Notes under the pieces: model-generated
The model's input: only the letters and a program-made list of their open reading frames with translations
What the model was told of the DNA's origin: nothing
Databases searched by the model: none
Assembly: GCA_046160305.1 (NCBI GenBank)
Contig: JBJXGX010000160.1
Location: 4,219 to 68,218 of the forward strand
Direction of reading: 5' to 3'
Length of the DNA: 64,000 nt
Origin: Burkholderiales bacterium
GTDB taxonomy: Bacteria > Pseudomonadota > Gammaproteobacteria > Burkholderiales > SG8-39
Shown here: in pieces, positions 1-9,051 of the stretch
Position numbering within the stretch: the stretch's first letter is position 1
How the letters are laid out: every line of letters starts with the position of its first letter
Made by a program: the position numbers and the translations under genes

Positions 1-50
1 TGCCGCGCAGAATCCTGGTCCGATCGAATCGCTCACCAGAGGGAGGCCCG

Positions 51-1025
51 ATGAAGCCCGTTCGAATCGCAGGACTCATTGCCGTTGCAATGTTGCTTGG
101 CGCAGTTGCCTTCACCGCCGCGGCACAGTCATATCCCACGAAGCCGATCCGCGTGGTCATTCCATGGCCGATCGGTGGGATCACCGATGTCATTACACGC
201 GCGGTGGCCCTGCATCTGACGGAGGCCTTCGGCCAGCAGGTGATCGTTGACAACCGGCCTGGCGCCGGCGGAACGTTGGGCGCGGGAATCGTGGCGAAAG
301 CGCCGCCCGACGGCTACACGTTGCTCATGCACGACGTGGCGAGTCATTCCATCTCGGCCAACCTGTATAGCAAGCTGCCGTACGACACACTCAAGGATTT
401 CGAGCCGATTACGCTGGTGGCGGGTTCACCGATGATTCTGGTCGCCAATCCTGGGCTGAATGTTCGCACGCTACCGGAGCTGATCGCGCTCGCGAAGTCG
501 AAGCCGGGCCAGCTCAACTACGCGTCGTCCGGCAATGGGGCGATCAACCACCTGGCGGCGGAGCGTTTGCACCGCATGGTCGGCATCCAGCTCGCGCATA
601 TCCCATTCAAAGGAAGCATTCAGGCCGCTACCTCGGTGATCGCGGGCGATACCGCCATCTCGCTCTCGACGATACCCGCGGCGGTTCCGCAGGCCAAGGC
701 GGGCAAGCTCGTCATGATTGCCACCTCGTTCGCCAAGCGCACCGCGCAACTCGGCGACGTGCCCACAATCGCCGAGACGGTCGGCGAATTCGACCATGGC
801 TTCTACTCGGCCCTGTGGGCGCCCGCGGGAACGCCCCGTGAGATTGTCGAGCGCCTGCATGCGGAGATCACGCGGGCCGTCGAGCAACCGAAGGTGAAGG
901 AGATTCTCGCGCTGAACGCGGCCGAACCGGGTCGCATGACGCCTCCCCAGTTCAGTCAGTACGTGGCAACCGAAGTTCGCATCTGGGGCGAAGTGATACG
1001 CGCGGCGGGCATCAAGGGGGATTAA
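51..1025 (+). CDS. Bug-family (TctC-like) periplasmic solute-binding protein
   Basis: 324-aa ORF. ATG at 51 is preceded by GGGAGG. A signal peptide ending AAAQ is followed by YPTKPIRVVIPWPIGG, the typical N-terminus of Bug/TctC receptors. Confidence 0.9.
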   Translation: MKPVRIAGLIAVAMLLGAVAFTAAAQSYPTKPIRVVIPWPIGGITDVITRAVALHLTEAFGQQVIVDNRPGAGGTLGAGIVAKAPPDGYTLLMHDVASHSISANLYSKLPYDTLKDFEPITLVAGSPMILVANPGLNVRTLPELIALAKSKPGQLNYASSGNGAINHLAAERLHRMVGIQLAHIPFKGSIQAATSVIAGDTAISLSTIPAAVPQAKAGKLVMIATSFAKRTAQLGDVPTIAETVGEFDHGFYSALWAPAGTPREIVERLHAEITRAVEQPKVKEILALNAAEPGRMTPPQFSQYVATEVRIWGEVIRAAGIKGD

Positions 1026-1133
1026 GGGGCCTTTGGTAGCGGGGTATCTCCGCACCGGCGCGCGCAGCAACCTTTTCGCGGCCGACAATTTTGCAGTCGC
1101 CAGTTTTACTTTTGCAGTATCGGAGCGCAGCGC

Positions 1134-2276
1134 ATGGCCGTAGTGAAACAACAAGACCCCAACCAGGTGAGCGATGCAGCGCGGCTGCAGGCGCAGGCCG
1201 AGCGCGCGCAGGGCTTCGTGAGCCTGCAGGAGATCGTGATGGCGGCGCATCGCGGTCTGTCCACGCAGCTCTGGGACATGCTGAGCGGCGGCTCGGATGC
1301 CGAGGCGACGCTTGTCCGCAATCGCCTGGCACTGGACAGCCTTGCGTTACGTCAGCGCGTGCTGGTGGATGTCAGCAAGCTCGATACGACCACATCGCTC
1401 CTGGGCCGCAAGATGCCGATTCCGGTGTTCATCGCGCCCATCGGTAATTTTTTGCAGCTGGGCGATCCGCGCGGTGCGATCGCCGTGGCCCGTGCGGCGG
1501 TGGCAAAGAATGTACCGTGCTTCATCAGCATTGCCGCCAAACCGGGCATCGAAGCGATCGCGGCCTCTGTCGATCTGCCCCTGATCTTCCAGCTCTATGT
1601 GCGTAGCGACCGCAAGTGGGTCGAAGACACACTCGATCAGGCGAAGGCCCTTGGCTACAACGCGCTTTGTGTCACCGCCGATCGGGCGTATTACAGCCGT
1701 CGTGAACGTGATCTCATCAATCGCCACCTAGTGCGGGAAGGCGGCGATCCAACGTATCAGGCGAGCCTCACCTGGGACGACATGGTGTGGATGAAGGCGC
1801 GGATGGGTGTGCCGTTGATCCTGAAGGGCATCGCGTCTGGCGATGATGCGCGACGTGCGGTCGCGATCGGCGCCGAAGTCGTCTATGTGTCGAATCACGG
1901 CGGCCGGCAACTTGACCATGGCGAGGCGAGCATCGACGTGCTCCGCGAGGTCGTGGATGCCGTGGAAGGCAAGGCCGAAGTCGTCATGGACGGTGGCATC
2001 CTGCGCGGCACCGATGTCATCAAGGCGGTTGCGCTCGGCGCGCGGGCGGTGGGCGTCGGCAAACTCTATGGCTGGGCACTGGCGGCCGCGGGGGAAGCGG
2101 GTGTGATCCGCATGCTCGAGCTGCTTGAAGCCGAGATTCGTACGACCATGGGATTGATGGGCGTGACATCGCTTGCGGCGCTGAATCCATCATGGGTGCG
2201 GCCCGGGCTTCCACCTGCTGCTGTTCCGAGCATGACCAGTGCGTACCCGTATTTCGAGGCATTGCGGCGTGCGTGA
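1134..2276 (+). CDS. FMN-dependent alpha-hydroxy acid dehydrogenase/oxidase (L-lactate/mandelate dehydrogenase family)
   Basis: 380 aa. Carries the family motifs VSNHGGRQLD and GGILRGTDV. GGAGCG lies upstream of the ATG. Confidence 0.85.
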   Translation: MAVVKQQDPNQVSDAARLQAQAERAQGFVSLQEIVMAAHRGLSTQLWDMLSGGSDAEATLVRNRLALDSLALRQRVLVDVSKLDTTTSLLGRKMPIPVFIAPIGNFLQLGDPRGAIAVARAAVAKNVPCFISIAAKPGIEAIAASVDLPLIFQLYVRSDRKWVEDTLDQAKALGYNALCVTADRAYYSRRERDLINRHLVREGGDPTYQASLTWDDMVWMKARMGVPLILKGIASGDDARRAVAIGAEVVYVSNHGGRQLDHGEASIDVLREVVDAVEGKAEVVMDGGILRGTDVIKAVALGARAVGVGKLYGWALAAAGEAGVIRMLELLEAEIRTTMGLMGVTSLAALNPSWVRPGLPPAAVPSMTSAYPYFEALRRA

Positions 2277-2288
2277 TGCGGATGCGCC

Positions 2289-2915
2289 TTAGAGCGGAAA
2301 AATGCCCGGCATCGTGATGAAGCCGTTGATCGCCTTCACGCGATCGGTCCACCGCCGGATCGCGGGATAGTCTTCGCGCGGGATACCGCCCTCCTCTGAC
2401 AGCATGACATAGGGAAAGCAGGCGATATCGGCGATCGTCGGGTGATCCTTCGTTGCGATCCATCGTGAATCCGCCGCTTCGGCGAACCAGAGGTGCTCAT
2501 CGAGGACACGGAACAACGCATGCGCGTCGGCCCGACACTTCGCGATGTCGAAGTCGTAGTGCATTCCGTCATGCAGTCGTGCGGCGGATGCCGTCGCGGT
2601 GATGCGATCGGCAAAGGCAAGCCACATGCTGACCTTGCCGAGTGTTTGCGCATCGCGCGGATACCATTGGCCGGTGCCATCGTATTTCGCCGCGAGATAG
2701 ACCAGGATCGCCTGCGCATCGCGCAGACGCAGGTCGCCATCTTCCATGACCGGAATCTGGCCAAGGGGATTGATCTGCAGGAAATCGGGATGTCGATGCG
2801 CCCGACCGGGAAAGAAATCGACCGCCACATATTCCGCGGACACCCCGAGAATGCCAAGCAGCAGGCGCACCTTGTAGCAGTTGCCTGAAAGCGGATAGTC
2901 GTACACGCGAATCAC
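2289..2915 (-). CDS. glutathione S-transferase family protein
   Basis: 208 aa. Has a thioredoxin-like N-domain (INPLGQIPVMEDGD) and a helical C-domain. The start overlaps the stop of the upstream Rieske gene by 4 nt (2912-2915). Confidence 0.85.
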   Translation of the reverse strand: MIRVYDYPLSGNCYKVRLLLGILGVSAEYVAVDFFPGRAHRHPDFLQINPLGQIPVMEDGDLRLRDAQAILVYLAAKYDGTGQWYPRDAQTLGKVSMWLAFADRITATASAARLHDGMHYDFDIAKCRADAHALFRVLDEHLWFAEAADSRWIATKDHPTIADIACFPYVMLSEEGGIPREDYPAIRRWTDRVKAINGFITMPGIFPL

Positions 2916-3691
2916 CGGACAAGCTCCAACCGGTCGTGGAATGCGTTGAGCGACGCGTTGAGTCGTCGTGCCGCAGCGAGGCCGGTCGCGTTCGTGGCGT
3001 GCGCCGTACCCGCCGAATCAGCCGTACCCGGTGTACTGCCGAATACGCCGTGGACGATCGCCTTCCCGACGTCAACCGGTTGAACGAGCCAGACGAGCGT
3101 CGCTTCGGCATCGCCGGTCTTGCCATGAACGACGACGGTCAATGGATCAACTTGTCGGGCGACGCCACCCGTGATGCCGGTGGCGATCGAATCGAAGCGC
3201 ACCAATGCATCGGTCACGACACTGGCGTTTGCAGGCATGACAACGCTACGGAGCCGGTGCGCACCGAGGGGAATGTGCTCGATCGCACTCGGATCGCCAG
3301 TCGGCTCGCCGCAGGCGGTCCATATGAAACCTGCGCGCTCGATGGCCGGAAAGACCCGCACGCCGATGCGCGCAGGCGGTGGCGCATCGGGATGCGCGGG
3401 CACCATCATGCAGCGCCCCGTGCCGGTTGCGTAGTGCCAGCCGTGGTAGCGGCATTTCAACTGGTCGCCAAGATGACTGCCGATCGTGAGACGTACGCTC
3501 CGGTGCGGGCAACGGTTCTCCCAGACGTTGATCCGCCCGGTATCGTCGCGCCAGACCGCGAGTTCCTGCCCGAGCAAGCGGCCATGAAAGATATGCCGGG
3601 ACGGAACGTCCTCGCTCCGGGCGATCGCGATCCAGCGATTGCGATAGATCGTGTTCGACGTCGAGGCAGCTTGCGTGGCGGTGGCGGTCAT
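2912..3691 (-). CDS. Rieske [2Fe-2S] domain protein with no recognisable catalytic iron motif
   Basis: 259 aa. The Rieske ligands are intact (CPHRSVRL...CRYHGWHY). I saw no D-x2-H-x4-H motif in the C-terminal half. Confidence 0.8.
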   Translation of the reverse strand: MTATATQAASTSNTIYRNRWIAIARSEDVPSRHIFHGRLLGQELAVWRDDTGRINVWENRCPHRSVRLTIGSHLGDQLKCRYHGWHYATGTGRCMMVPAHPDAPPPARIGVRVFPAIERAGFIWTACGEPTGDPSAIEHIPLGAHRLRSVVMPANASVVTDALVRFDSIATGITGGVARQVDPLTVVVHGKTGDAEATLVWLVQPVDVGKAIVHGVFGSTPGTADSAGTAHATNATGLAAARRLNASLNAFHDRLELVR

Positions 3692-3712
3692 AAACGGTGC
3701 GATGCGATGCGC

Positions 3713-4633
3713 TCAGTCCGCGCCGCGTGCCGATTGGCGGCGCGGTATCGCCCCGTAGCGCAAACCAAGCCGCGAAAGCCACCGCCGATAGGCGGTCGAG
3801 GTCGCATCCGCGCGCACCGGCATTTCGGTGCGTGGGTCGAGCGGCAAGTGCTTCTCCATGTGATTCTCGAGAATCGGTTTGTCCTGCCCGAAGATCGTCA
3901 GTTGAAACTGTCTGAGGTCGGCATCGCTGCTGGTCGCATCCAGCATGCAAAGCCACTGATGGGCGATGCATCGTTCCTCGGTGACCGGCTGCACGAACAG
4001 CGCAATCACATCGAATCGCTCGGGGGCGGGCGGACACGTCTTGTACAGGATTGCCGAATACGGACGCGGCACGCGGTAGATGTAGCGAACGTCGGTTGCC
4101 CCCGGCGCATTGAGCGCCGCCTGCGGTTGCACGAATCGGCATTCGGTCGCGAGCACTTCGTTGTCGGCGGTGATGTCGACCCGATAGTCGGACACCGCGG
4201 TGTCAGGTTCCGCACCGAGAATGCCGGCATGCACGAACGGAAAATGGGCGAGGTCGAGGAAATTCTCGATCGCGCGAAGGCCCCCGGTGTGTACGCCGAT
4301 CGAGCCCGGGTCGCACGAACGCCGGTCCGGTTCACCGGCTTCCGGAATCGCGAACAGAGGACGGATCGGATTGCCAAGTGACGTCCAGACGTGCCCGTAG
4401 CGGATCGTGACCGGCAGGGCCGATCCGATCAGGTTGCGATCGAACGACGTGTCGTTGCGACAACGGTGCTCAGGATCCGCCCAGATGACGAACTCGCTCG
4501 CATCGATGCGAGCGATCGCGATCGGGGTATCGAGAAGCGTCGTCGTACGGATGCGTCCGACCGGAAAATCGACCCAACCCGCAACCGGATGCCAATCGTC
4601 CCAAACGACCGAATCGTTCGCCAGGACGCTCAT
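3713..4633 (-). CDS. Rieske-oxygenase catalytic-domain protein (phthalate/VanA family) with a degenerate, ligand-less Rieske-like N-domain
   Basis: 306 aa. ENFLDLAHFPFVH supplies the D-x2-H-x4-H mononuclear iron motif. The N-domain reads EHRCRND...IRYGHVW in place of C-x-H...C-x2-H. Confidence 0.7.
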   Translation of the reverse strand: MSVLANDSVVWDDWHPVAGWVDFPVGRIRTTTLLDTPIAIARIDASEFVIWADPEHRCRNDTSFDRNLIGSALPVTIRYGHVWTSLGNPIRPLFAIPEAGEPDRRSCDPGSIGVHTGGLRAIENFLDLAHFPFVHAGILGAEPDTAVSDYRVDITADNEVLATECRFVQPQAALNAPGATDVRYIYRVPRPYSAILYKTCPPAPERFDVIALFVQPVTEERCIAHQWLCMLDATSSDADLRQFQLTIFGQDKPILENHMEKHLPLDPRTEMPVRADATSTAYRRWLSRLGLRYGAIPRRQSARGAD

Positions 4634-4747
4634 CCGGGTGCCTCGCTCGGGTCGAAAAAAAAGTAAGTTGCCACCGCTATCCGGAGGTTAGGTAGACTGG
4701 GCGATTGGAGTCGGGATTATCGCCGGAACGGGTCAGGAGGGCTACCC

Positions 4748-5611
4748 ATGGTCAAGATGGACTCGCGTGAGGTGGGCCTGCTGCTCGCCCAACAGCTATT
4801 CCAAGTCGACGACCTGCACTACGGGTGGTGGGACGAGGGTGACACGCCATCGATTTCCCAGTTGCCGGCCGCGCAGCAGCGCTACAACGCGAACTTGATC
4901 GAGGCATTGGGCCACGATGTTGCGTCGAGGCGCGTGCTCGATGTGGGTTGCGGCACAGGCAAGCTGCTGTCCTTGCTCCTCGATCGGGGCTACCGCGCGG
5001 AAGGCGTGATTCCATCCGCTACCCTCTACAAGTCGGTGTGCCAGCGCCTGCAAGCGCGAGGGCAAAGTGGGGCGCAGGTCTTCCAGTGTCGATTCGAGGA
5101 CTTTCCCGCGGTCGACCGGCTCGCGGCCTATGATGCGGCGATCTTCAGCGAGAGCTTCCAGTACATCCCGATGGATCAGTCGTTCGCCATGCTGCGGCGC
5201 ATCGTCAAACCCGGCGGGATTGTTCAGATCTGCGATTTCTTCAAAGACGATTTGACCGATCCCGGCCGGCCGGACGACGGCGCGATGGGGGGCGGCCATC
5301 CACTCAGCAGTCTCTATACGGCGATCGAGGGCGCAAGGATCACGATCATCAGCGAGGAGGACATCACCCGGCGCATGAGCCCGAATCTCGCCCTGATCGA
5401 GGATCTGCTGGTCAATCGCGTGAGCCCCGCGGTGCAGACGCTCGGCCGATTCCTCGATTCGAGGTACCGCTGGCTCACGCGCTTCGTACTCTGGCTGTTT
5501 CGGAAGAAGGTCGCGAAGGTGCGCGTCAAGTATCTATCGGGGCAGCGCAATCAGGCGGGCTTCGAGCGCAACAAGAGTTATCGGCGCATTCTGCTCCGCA
5601 TGCCTGCTTGA
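4748..5611 (+). CDS. class I SAM-dependent methyltransferase
   Basis: 287 aa. SAM motif I is VLDVGCGTGKLL. CAGGAGGG lies upstream of the ATG. Transcribed divergently from the oxygenase operon. Confidence 0.8.
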   Translation: MVKMDSREVGLLLAQQLFQVDDLHYGWWDEGDTPSISQLPAAQQRYNANLIEALGHDVASRRVLDVGCGTGKLLSLLLDRGYRAEGVIPSATLYKSVCQRLQARGQSGAQVFQCRFEDFPAVDRLAAYDAAIFSESFQYIPMDQSFAMLRRIVKPGGIVQICDFFKDDLTDPGRPDDGAMGGGHPLSSLYTAIEGARITIISEEDITRRMSPNLALIEDLLVNRVSPAVQTLGRFLDSRYRWLTRFVLWLFRKKVAKVRVKYLSGQRNQAGFERNKSYRRILLRMPA

Positions 5612-5628
5612 CGCGCCTGCAAGCGGCC

Positions 5629-6795
5629 TCAAATTGCCGGATGCAGTGCCTTCAATCCGAAGGCGATCCGTCCATAGGTGGTACCGGCGATATCCCAGCT
5701 ATTGATGTAGTGCCGGCTCAATGCGAGCACGTCGCGATACAGCCGCTGCATGTCGGTGTTGAGATAGATGCCGGCACCGCCCGTGACCGAGAACATCCGC
5801 TCCGAAGCCTGCACGCAGAGCTTCACGCAGTAGCCCATGTCGCGGCGGTTGCGCGCGCGCTCATCCATGGTGAGCTTGCCGCGCTCCCGGATCGCACGCA
5901 TGCTCTCCTTGCAGTCGCGCTGCAACAGCAATCGCGCCGCATCGATCTCGGCGGCGGCCTCGGCCACCCGCATTTGGATGGTCTGTTGTTCGGCCAGTGG
6001 AAATCCACGCGAGGCGCGCGGGCGCATGTTGTCGATGAAGTCGTCGTACATGGCCTGCGCGATGCCAAGGACCGGCGCGCCCAGACAGTAGGGCACGGTC
6101 GCCGCGCGCGGCAGGCGGAAGAGGGCGCCGTCATTCGTGGTGATGCCCGGGCCGGTGCCTTCGTTCGCATCGGCAACGCGCAGGGCACGATGGCTCGGCA
6201 CGAACGCATCGCGGATCTCCAGATCGTTGCTGCCGGTGCCGCAGAGCCCGATGACTTGCCAGGTATCGATGATGCCGAAGTCTTTTCGTGGCACGAGGAA
6301 GTACATCGATTCGGGCGGATTCGCGCTATCTGTTGCGGGCAGTATCGAATGCACGAACGCCCAATCCGCATGGGTGCAGCCGCTTGAATAGGACCAGCGA
6401 CCGCTCAGGCGATAGCCGTCCTCTGCGCGCGTGACCGTGCCGCCCGGCGCGAGCCCGGCCGAGACCAGCGCATCGGGATGATTGGTCCAGACGTCTTCTT
6501 GTGCCTGCCGAGGAAACATGCCAAGCGTGATGTTGTGATCGCAATAGACACCGTACACCCAGGCGGTCGACCCGCAGCCCCGTCCGACCTCGGCGATGAT
6601 CGCCATGATCTCATCGAGATCGAGCTCGAAGCCGCCGAACCGTCGCGGTTGCGCGGCCTTCAATAGTCCAGTGCGGCGCAGATGGGCGATCGTTTCGTCC
6701 GGCAGGCGGCGCAGCGTCTCGGTTACGGCTGCTCGATGGCGCAAGACCGGGACGAGCTCGGTCGCGTGCCGCAGCAGTTCCGTGCCCATGCTCAT
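5629..6795 (-). CDS. acyl-CoA dehydrogenase-fold protein, probably a flavin-dependent monooxygenase component
   Basis: 388 aa with ACAD N-terminal, middle and C-terminal domain-like layout. Resembles DszC/SfnB/HpaB-C2 type oxygenases. No reductase gene is adjacent. Confidence 0.7.
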   Translation of the reverse strand: MSMGTELLRHATELVPVLRHRAAVTETLRRLPDETIAHLRRTGLLKAAQPRRFGGFELDLDEIMAIIAEVGRGCGSTAWVYGVYCDHNITLGMFPRQAQEDVWTNHPDALVSAGLAPGGTVTRAEDGYRLSGRWSYSSGCTHADWAFVHSILPATDSANPPESMYFLVPRKDFGIIDTWQVIGLCGTGSNDLEIRDAFVPSHRALRVADANEGTGPGITTNDGALFRLPRAATVPYCLGAPVLGIAQAMYDDFIDNMRPRASRGFPLAEQQTIQMRVAEAAAEIDAARLLLQRDCKESMRAIRERGKLTMDERARNRRDMGYCVKLCVQASERMFSVTGGAGIYLNTDMQRLYRDVLALSRHYINSWDIAGTTYGRIAFGLKALHPAI

Positions 6796-7509
6796 TTAAA
6801 CCACCATCCAGAAGGCCAGTGTCATCCGTGGAAACGCGTGGAACGAATCGCGCGGATGGTATGCGGCATGAAAATACTGCGAAGGAAAAATAAGCAGGCG
6901 ACCGGGCACCATGTCGACCGCGCCGATCATGTCCCATTGCGCGGCCACCTGATCGGGCCAATAGTCGCGTCCATTCTCGACCAGCCGTGGATCCTTCGCG
7001 ACCGCCTGATCAAATGCAGCATCGGTTGCGAGCGCGCCGGATGGCCGGAAGCGAAAGAACCCCGTGCCGCCCGAACTTTCGTCCTTGGTGTTGAGATAGA
7101 CGAGGCAGGTGAACGAGCGCCGGTCAGGACGCGCTACGTCGTGATGCGGAAAGGCGAAGTCGGCCCGCTTGTCCTTGATCTGCATGAACCAGTTGACGTC
7201 GACATGCGGATCCTGCGGACTCGTCTGCGTCGCGTAGACGCTTTCGATCGCCTGCTGCGCGATCGCGATCATGCCGTTCGGAAACCAGACCGGAAATCGC
7301 AGCCGGCAATCATAATAGTCGACGAAATTGCGCCCGCCTTCGACATGTTTCCAGTTGGCCGCCGGTGCCGTGCCGAGAATCTCCCGCGCCTGATCCGGAT
7401 GCTTGAGGAAATCGTCGATGACGATTCCCTGCACACCCTCGACGCCGGCATTCTTGATCGAGAGGTTGAGATTGACGTCGAACACCTCGTTGAGGAGAAA
7501 TGGTTTCAT
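6796..7509 (-). CDS. hypothetical protein, possibly a 2OG/Fe(II)-oxygenase-like (DUF6445-like) protein
   Basis: The ORF is 6796..7566, but the likely start is the ATG at 7509 (MKPFLLNEVF). It contains FPHHD (an H-x-D motif) and a distal YFHAAY. Its stop abuts the start of the next gene with no gap. Confidence 0.5.
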   Translation of the reverse strand: MKPFLLNEVFDVNLNLSIKNAGVEGVQGIVIDDFLKHPDQAREILGTAPAANWKHVEGGRNFVDYYDCRLRFPVWFPNGMIAIAQQAIESVYATQTSPQDPHVDVNWFMQIKDKRADFAFPHHDVARPDRRSFTCLVYLNTKDESSGGTGFFRFRPSGALATDAAFDQAVAKDPRLVENGRDYWPDQVAAQWDMIGAVDMVPGRLLIFPSQYFHAAYHPRDSFHAFPRMTLAFWMVV

Positions 7510-7638
7510 GCACACGCACTTTGGCGAAGAACAGGGCGACAAACGAACATATATGGAGCGTACCACTCCCTTTGTAGCGAGGGCGTGTGCGCGAGCGTGC
7601 TTGTATATGACCGCGCTGTCGGCGCGCTGTCGGCGTGC

Positions 7639-7667
7639 TTGACGACCTATTGGGTTGCTGATAAAAG
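7639..7667 (+). promoter_or_regulatory. candidate sigma70 promoter of TRAP receptor copy 1 (TTGACG-17-TAAAAG)
   Basis: TTGACG at 7639-7644 and TAAAAG at 7662-7667. The same hexamers and spacing recur upstream of copy 2. An 11-bp direct repeat GCGCTGTCGGC x2 lies at 7613-7634. Confidence 0.4.
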
Positions 7668-7753
7668 CGAGAGGTGCGCGGGACTTCGCGCATGCGGATT
7701 CCCGAGGTTATCGCGCTCGTTGCCGATGACCGCAATTTACGTGAGGAGGCTCC

Positions 7754-8845
7754 ATGAACTTTTACGCAACGCGTTCCGCGCTGGTCGCCGTCGCATTTGT
7801 TGCGACATCCGCGACTATTCCGACCGCTCTTGCGCAGAGCGCACCCGCCGACATTCCGTCGATCACCCTGAAGGTGGCCGACACCTTTCCGCCCGTAGGA
7901 TTCGTTCCCACCCATCGCAAGGCGTGGGCGGACAGTATCACCAAGAAGACCGACGGCAAGGTCAAGTTCCAGTTCTTCTGGTCCGACTCGCTGTTCAAGC
8001 AGGCCGACAGCGCTGCGAATCTGCCGGCCGGTGTGGCCGATATCGCGAACGTTGCATCGACCTACGACCCGGCGAAGACCGCGCTGTGGATGACATTGGA
8101 CATGCCCTTCAATGCCCGGGACTACTGGTGCGGCATCAGTGCCTCGGTCAAGACGGAGCAGGAAGAGCCCAACCTCAAGAAGACTTTCGAGCAGCTCGGA
8201 TTCTTACCGATGATGGGCTACGCGAGCGGCCATTTCCACTTCCTGGGCAGGTCCGCGGTCGAGAAGGTCGCCGATCTCAAGGGCAAGCGCATCCGCAGCT
8301 ACGGCGGCGCGCGGGTGAAGATGTACGAGCTGCTCGGCATCTCGCCGATCTTCATGCCCTACGGCCAGATTTACGAGGCGCTCGAGCGCGGCGTGATCGA
8401 CGGTGCGGAGGCCACGATCCTACTCACCGATTCGTTCAAGCACTACGAGATCGCGAAATCCATGACGCTCGCCCATTCGGGCTTCGTCTTGGCGGCGCCG
8501 CTGTCGATCAGTCTGCGGCGTTGGAACAGCTTTCCGGAAAGCTTGAAAAAAATCTTTCGCGAAGCGGGTACCGAGCATGACATGGAGTACGCCCGCCAAA
8601 TGATCGAGCAGGAAGGGGTCAAGTTGAAGGAGTTCCAGGATACGCGCGGCATGAAGGTCCTCAAACTCTCAGCGGCTGATCAGGCCGCGCTCGAGAAGGC
8701 GGGCAAGGACGCGCAAGAACTCTGGCTCGCCGATATGGACAAGAAAGGTGTGCCGGCGCGTGCAACATGGGCCTACTTCCAGAATCTTCAAAGCGCTTGT
8801 GAAAAGGAAATCGCCACGAAGGGATATCCGTGGCAGAAGAGGTAA
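7754..8845 (+). CDS. TRAP transporter substrate-binding protein (DctP type), copy 1
   Basis: 363 aa with a signal peptide ending ALAQ. GAGGAGG precedes the ATG. DctQ and DctM genes follow downstream. Confidence 0.9.
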   Translation: MNFYATRSALVAVAFVATSATIPTALAQSAPADIPSITLKVADTFPPVGFVPTHRKAWADSITKKTDGKVKFQFFWSDSLFKQADSAANLPAGVADIANVASTYDPAKTALWMTLDMPFNARDYWCGISASVKTEQEEPNLKKTFEQLGFLPMMGYASGHFHFLGRSAVEKVADLKGKRIRSYGGARVKMYELLGISPIFMPYGQIYEALERGVIDGAEATILLTDSFKHYEIAKSMTLAHSGFVLAAPLSISLRRWNSFPESLKKIFREAGTEHDMEYARQMIEQEGVKLKEFQDTRGMKVLKLSAADQAALEKAGKDAQELWLADMDKKGVPARATWAYFQNLQSACEKEIATKGYPWQKR

Positions 8846-8920
8846 ATGCGCAGGGCGCGACGATGCAGCGAGCCGATCGGGCGCTCGAATTTATAGGAAG
8901 ACGCGCGTACGCGAGCGCGC

Positions 8921-8949
8921 TTGACGACTCATAGGGTTGCTGATAAAAG
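8921..8949 (+). promoter_or_regulatory. candidate sigma70 promoter of TRAP receptor copy 2 (TTGACG-17-TAAAAG)
   Basis: TTGACG at 8921-8926 and TAAAAG at 8944-8949. This is the duplicate of the element at 7639-7667. Confidence 0.4.
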
Positions 8950-9051
8950 CCGAAGGTGCGCGGGGATTCGAACATGCAGGTTCCGTGGCGTAATAGCGCT
9001 CGTTATCGATGAGCCCTTCGTCGATGGCCATCATGAATTGGAGGAGAACCC

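Noticed and set aside
2936-4381. 481-aa plus-strand ORF spanning the Rieske and oxygenase genes
   Set aside because: It is antisense to two ORFs that have clear family motifs. It is Arg/Ala/Gly-rich with no recognisable domain. It looks like a typical high-GC shadow ORF.
6682-8580. 632-aa plus-strand ORF
   Set aside because: It runs antisense through the 6796..7509 gene and then out of frame through the first TRAP receptor gene. Its composition is Arg-rich and low in complexity. The competing ORFs have signal peptides, RBSs and family motifs.
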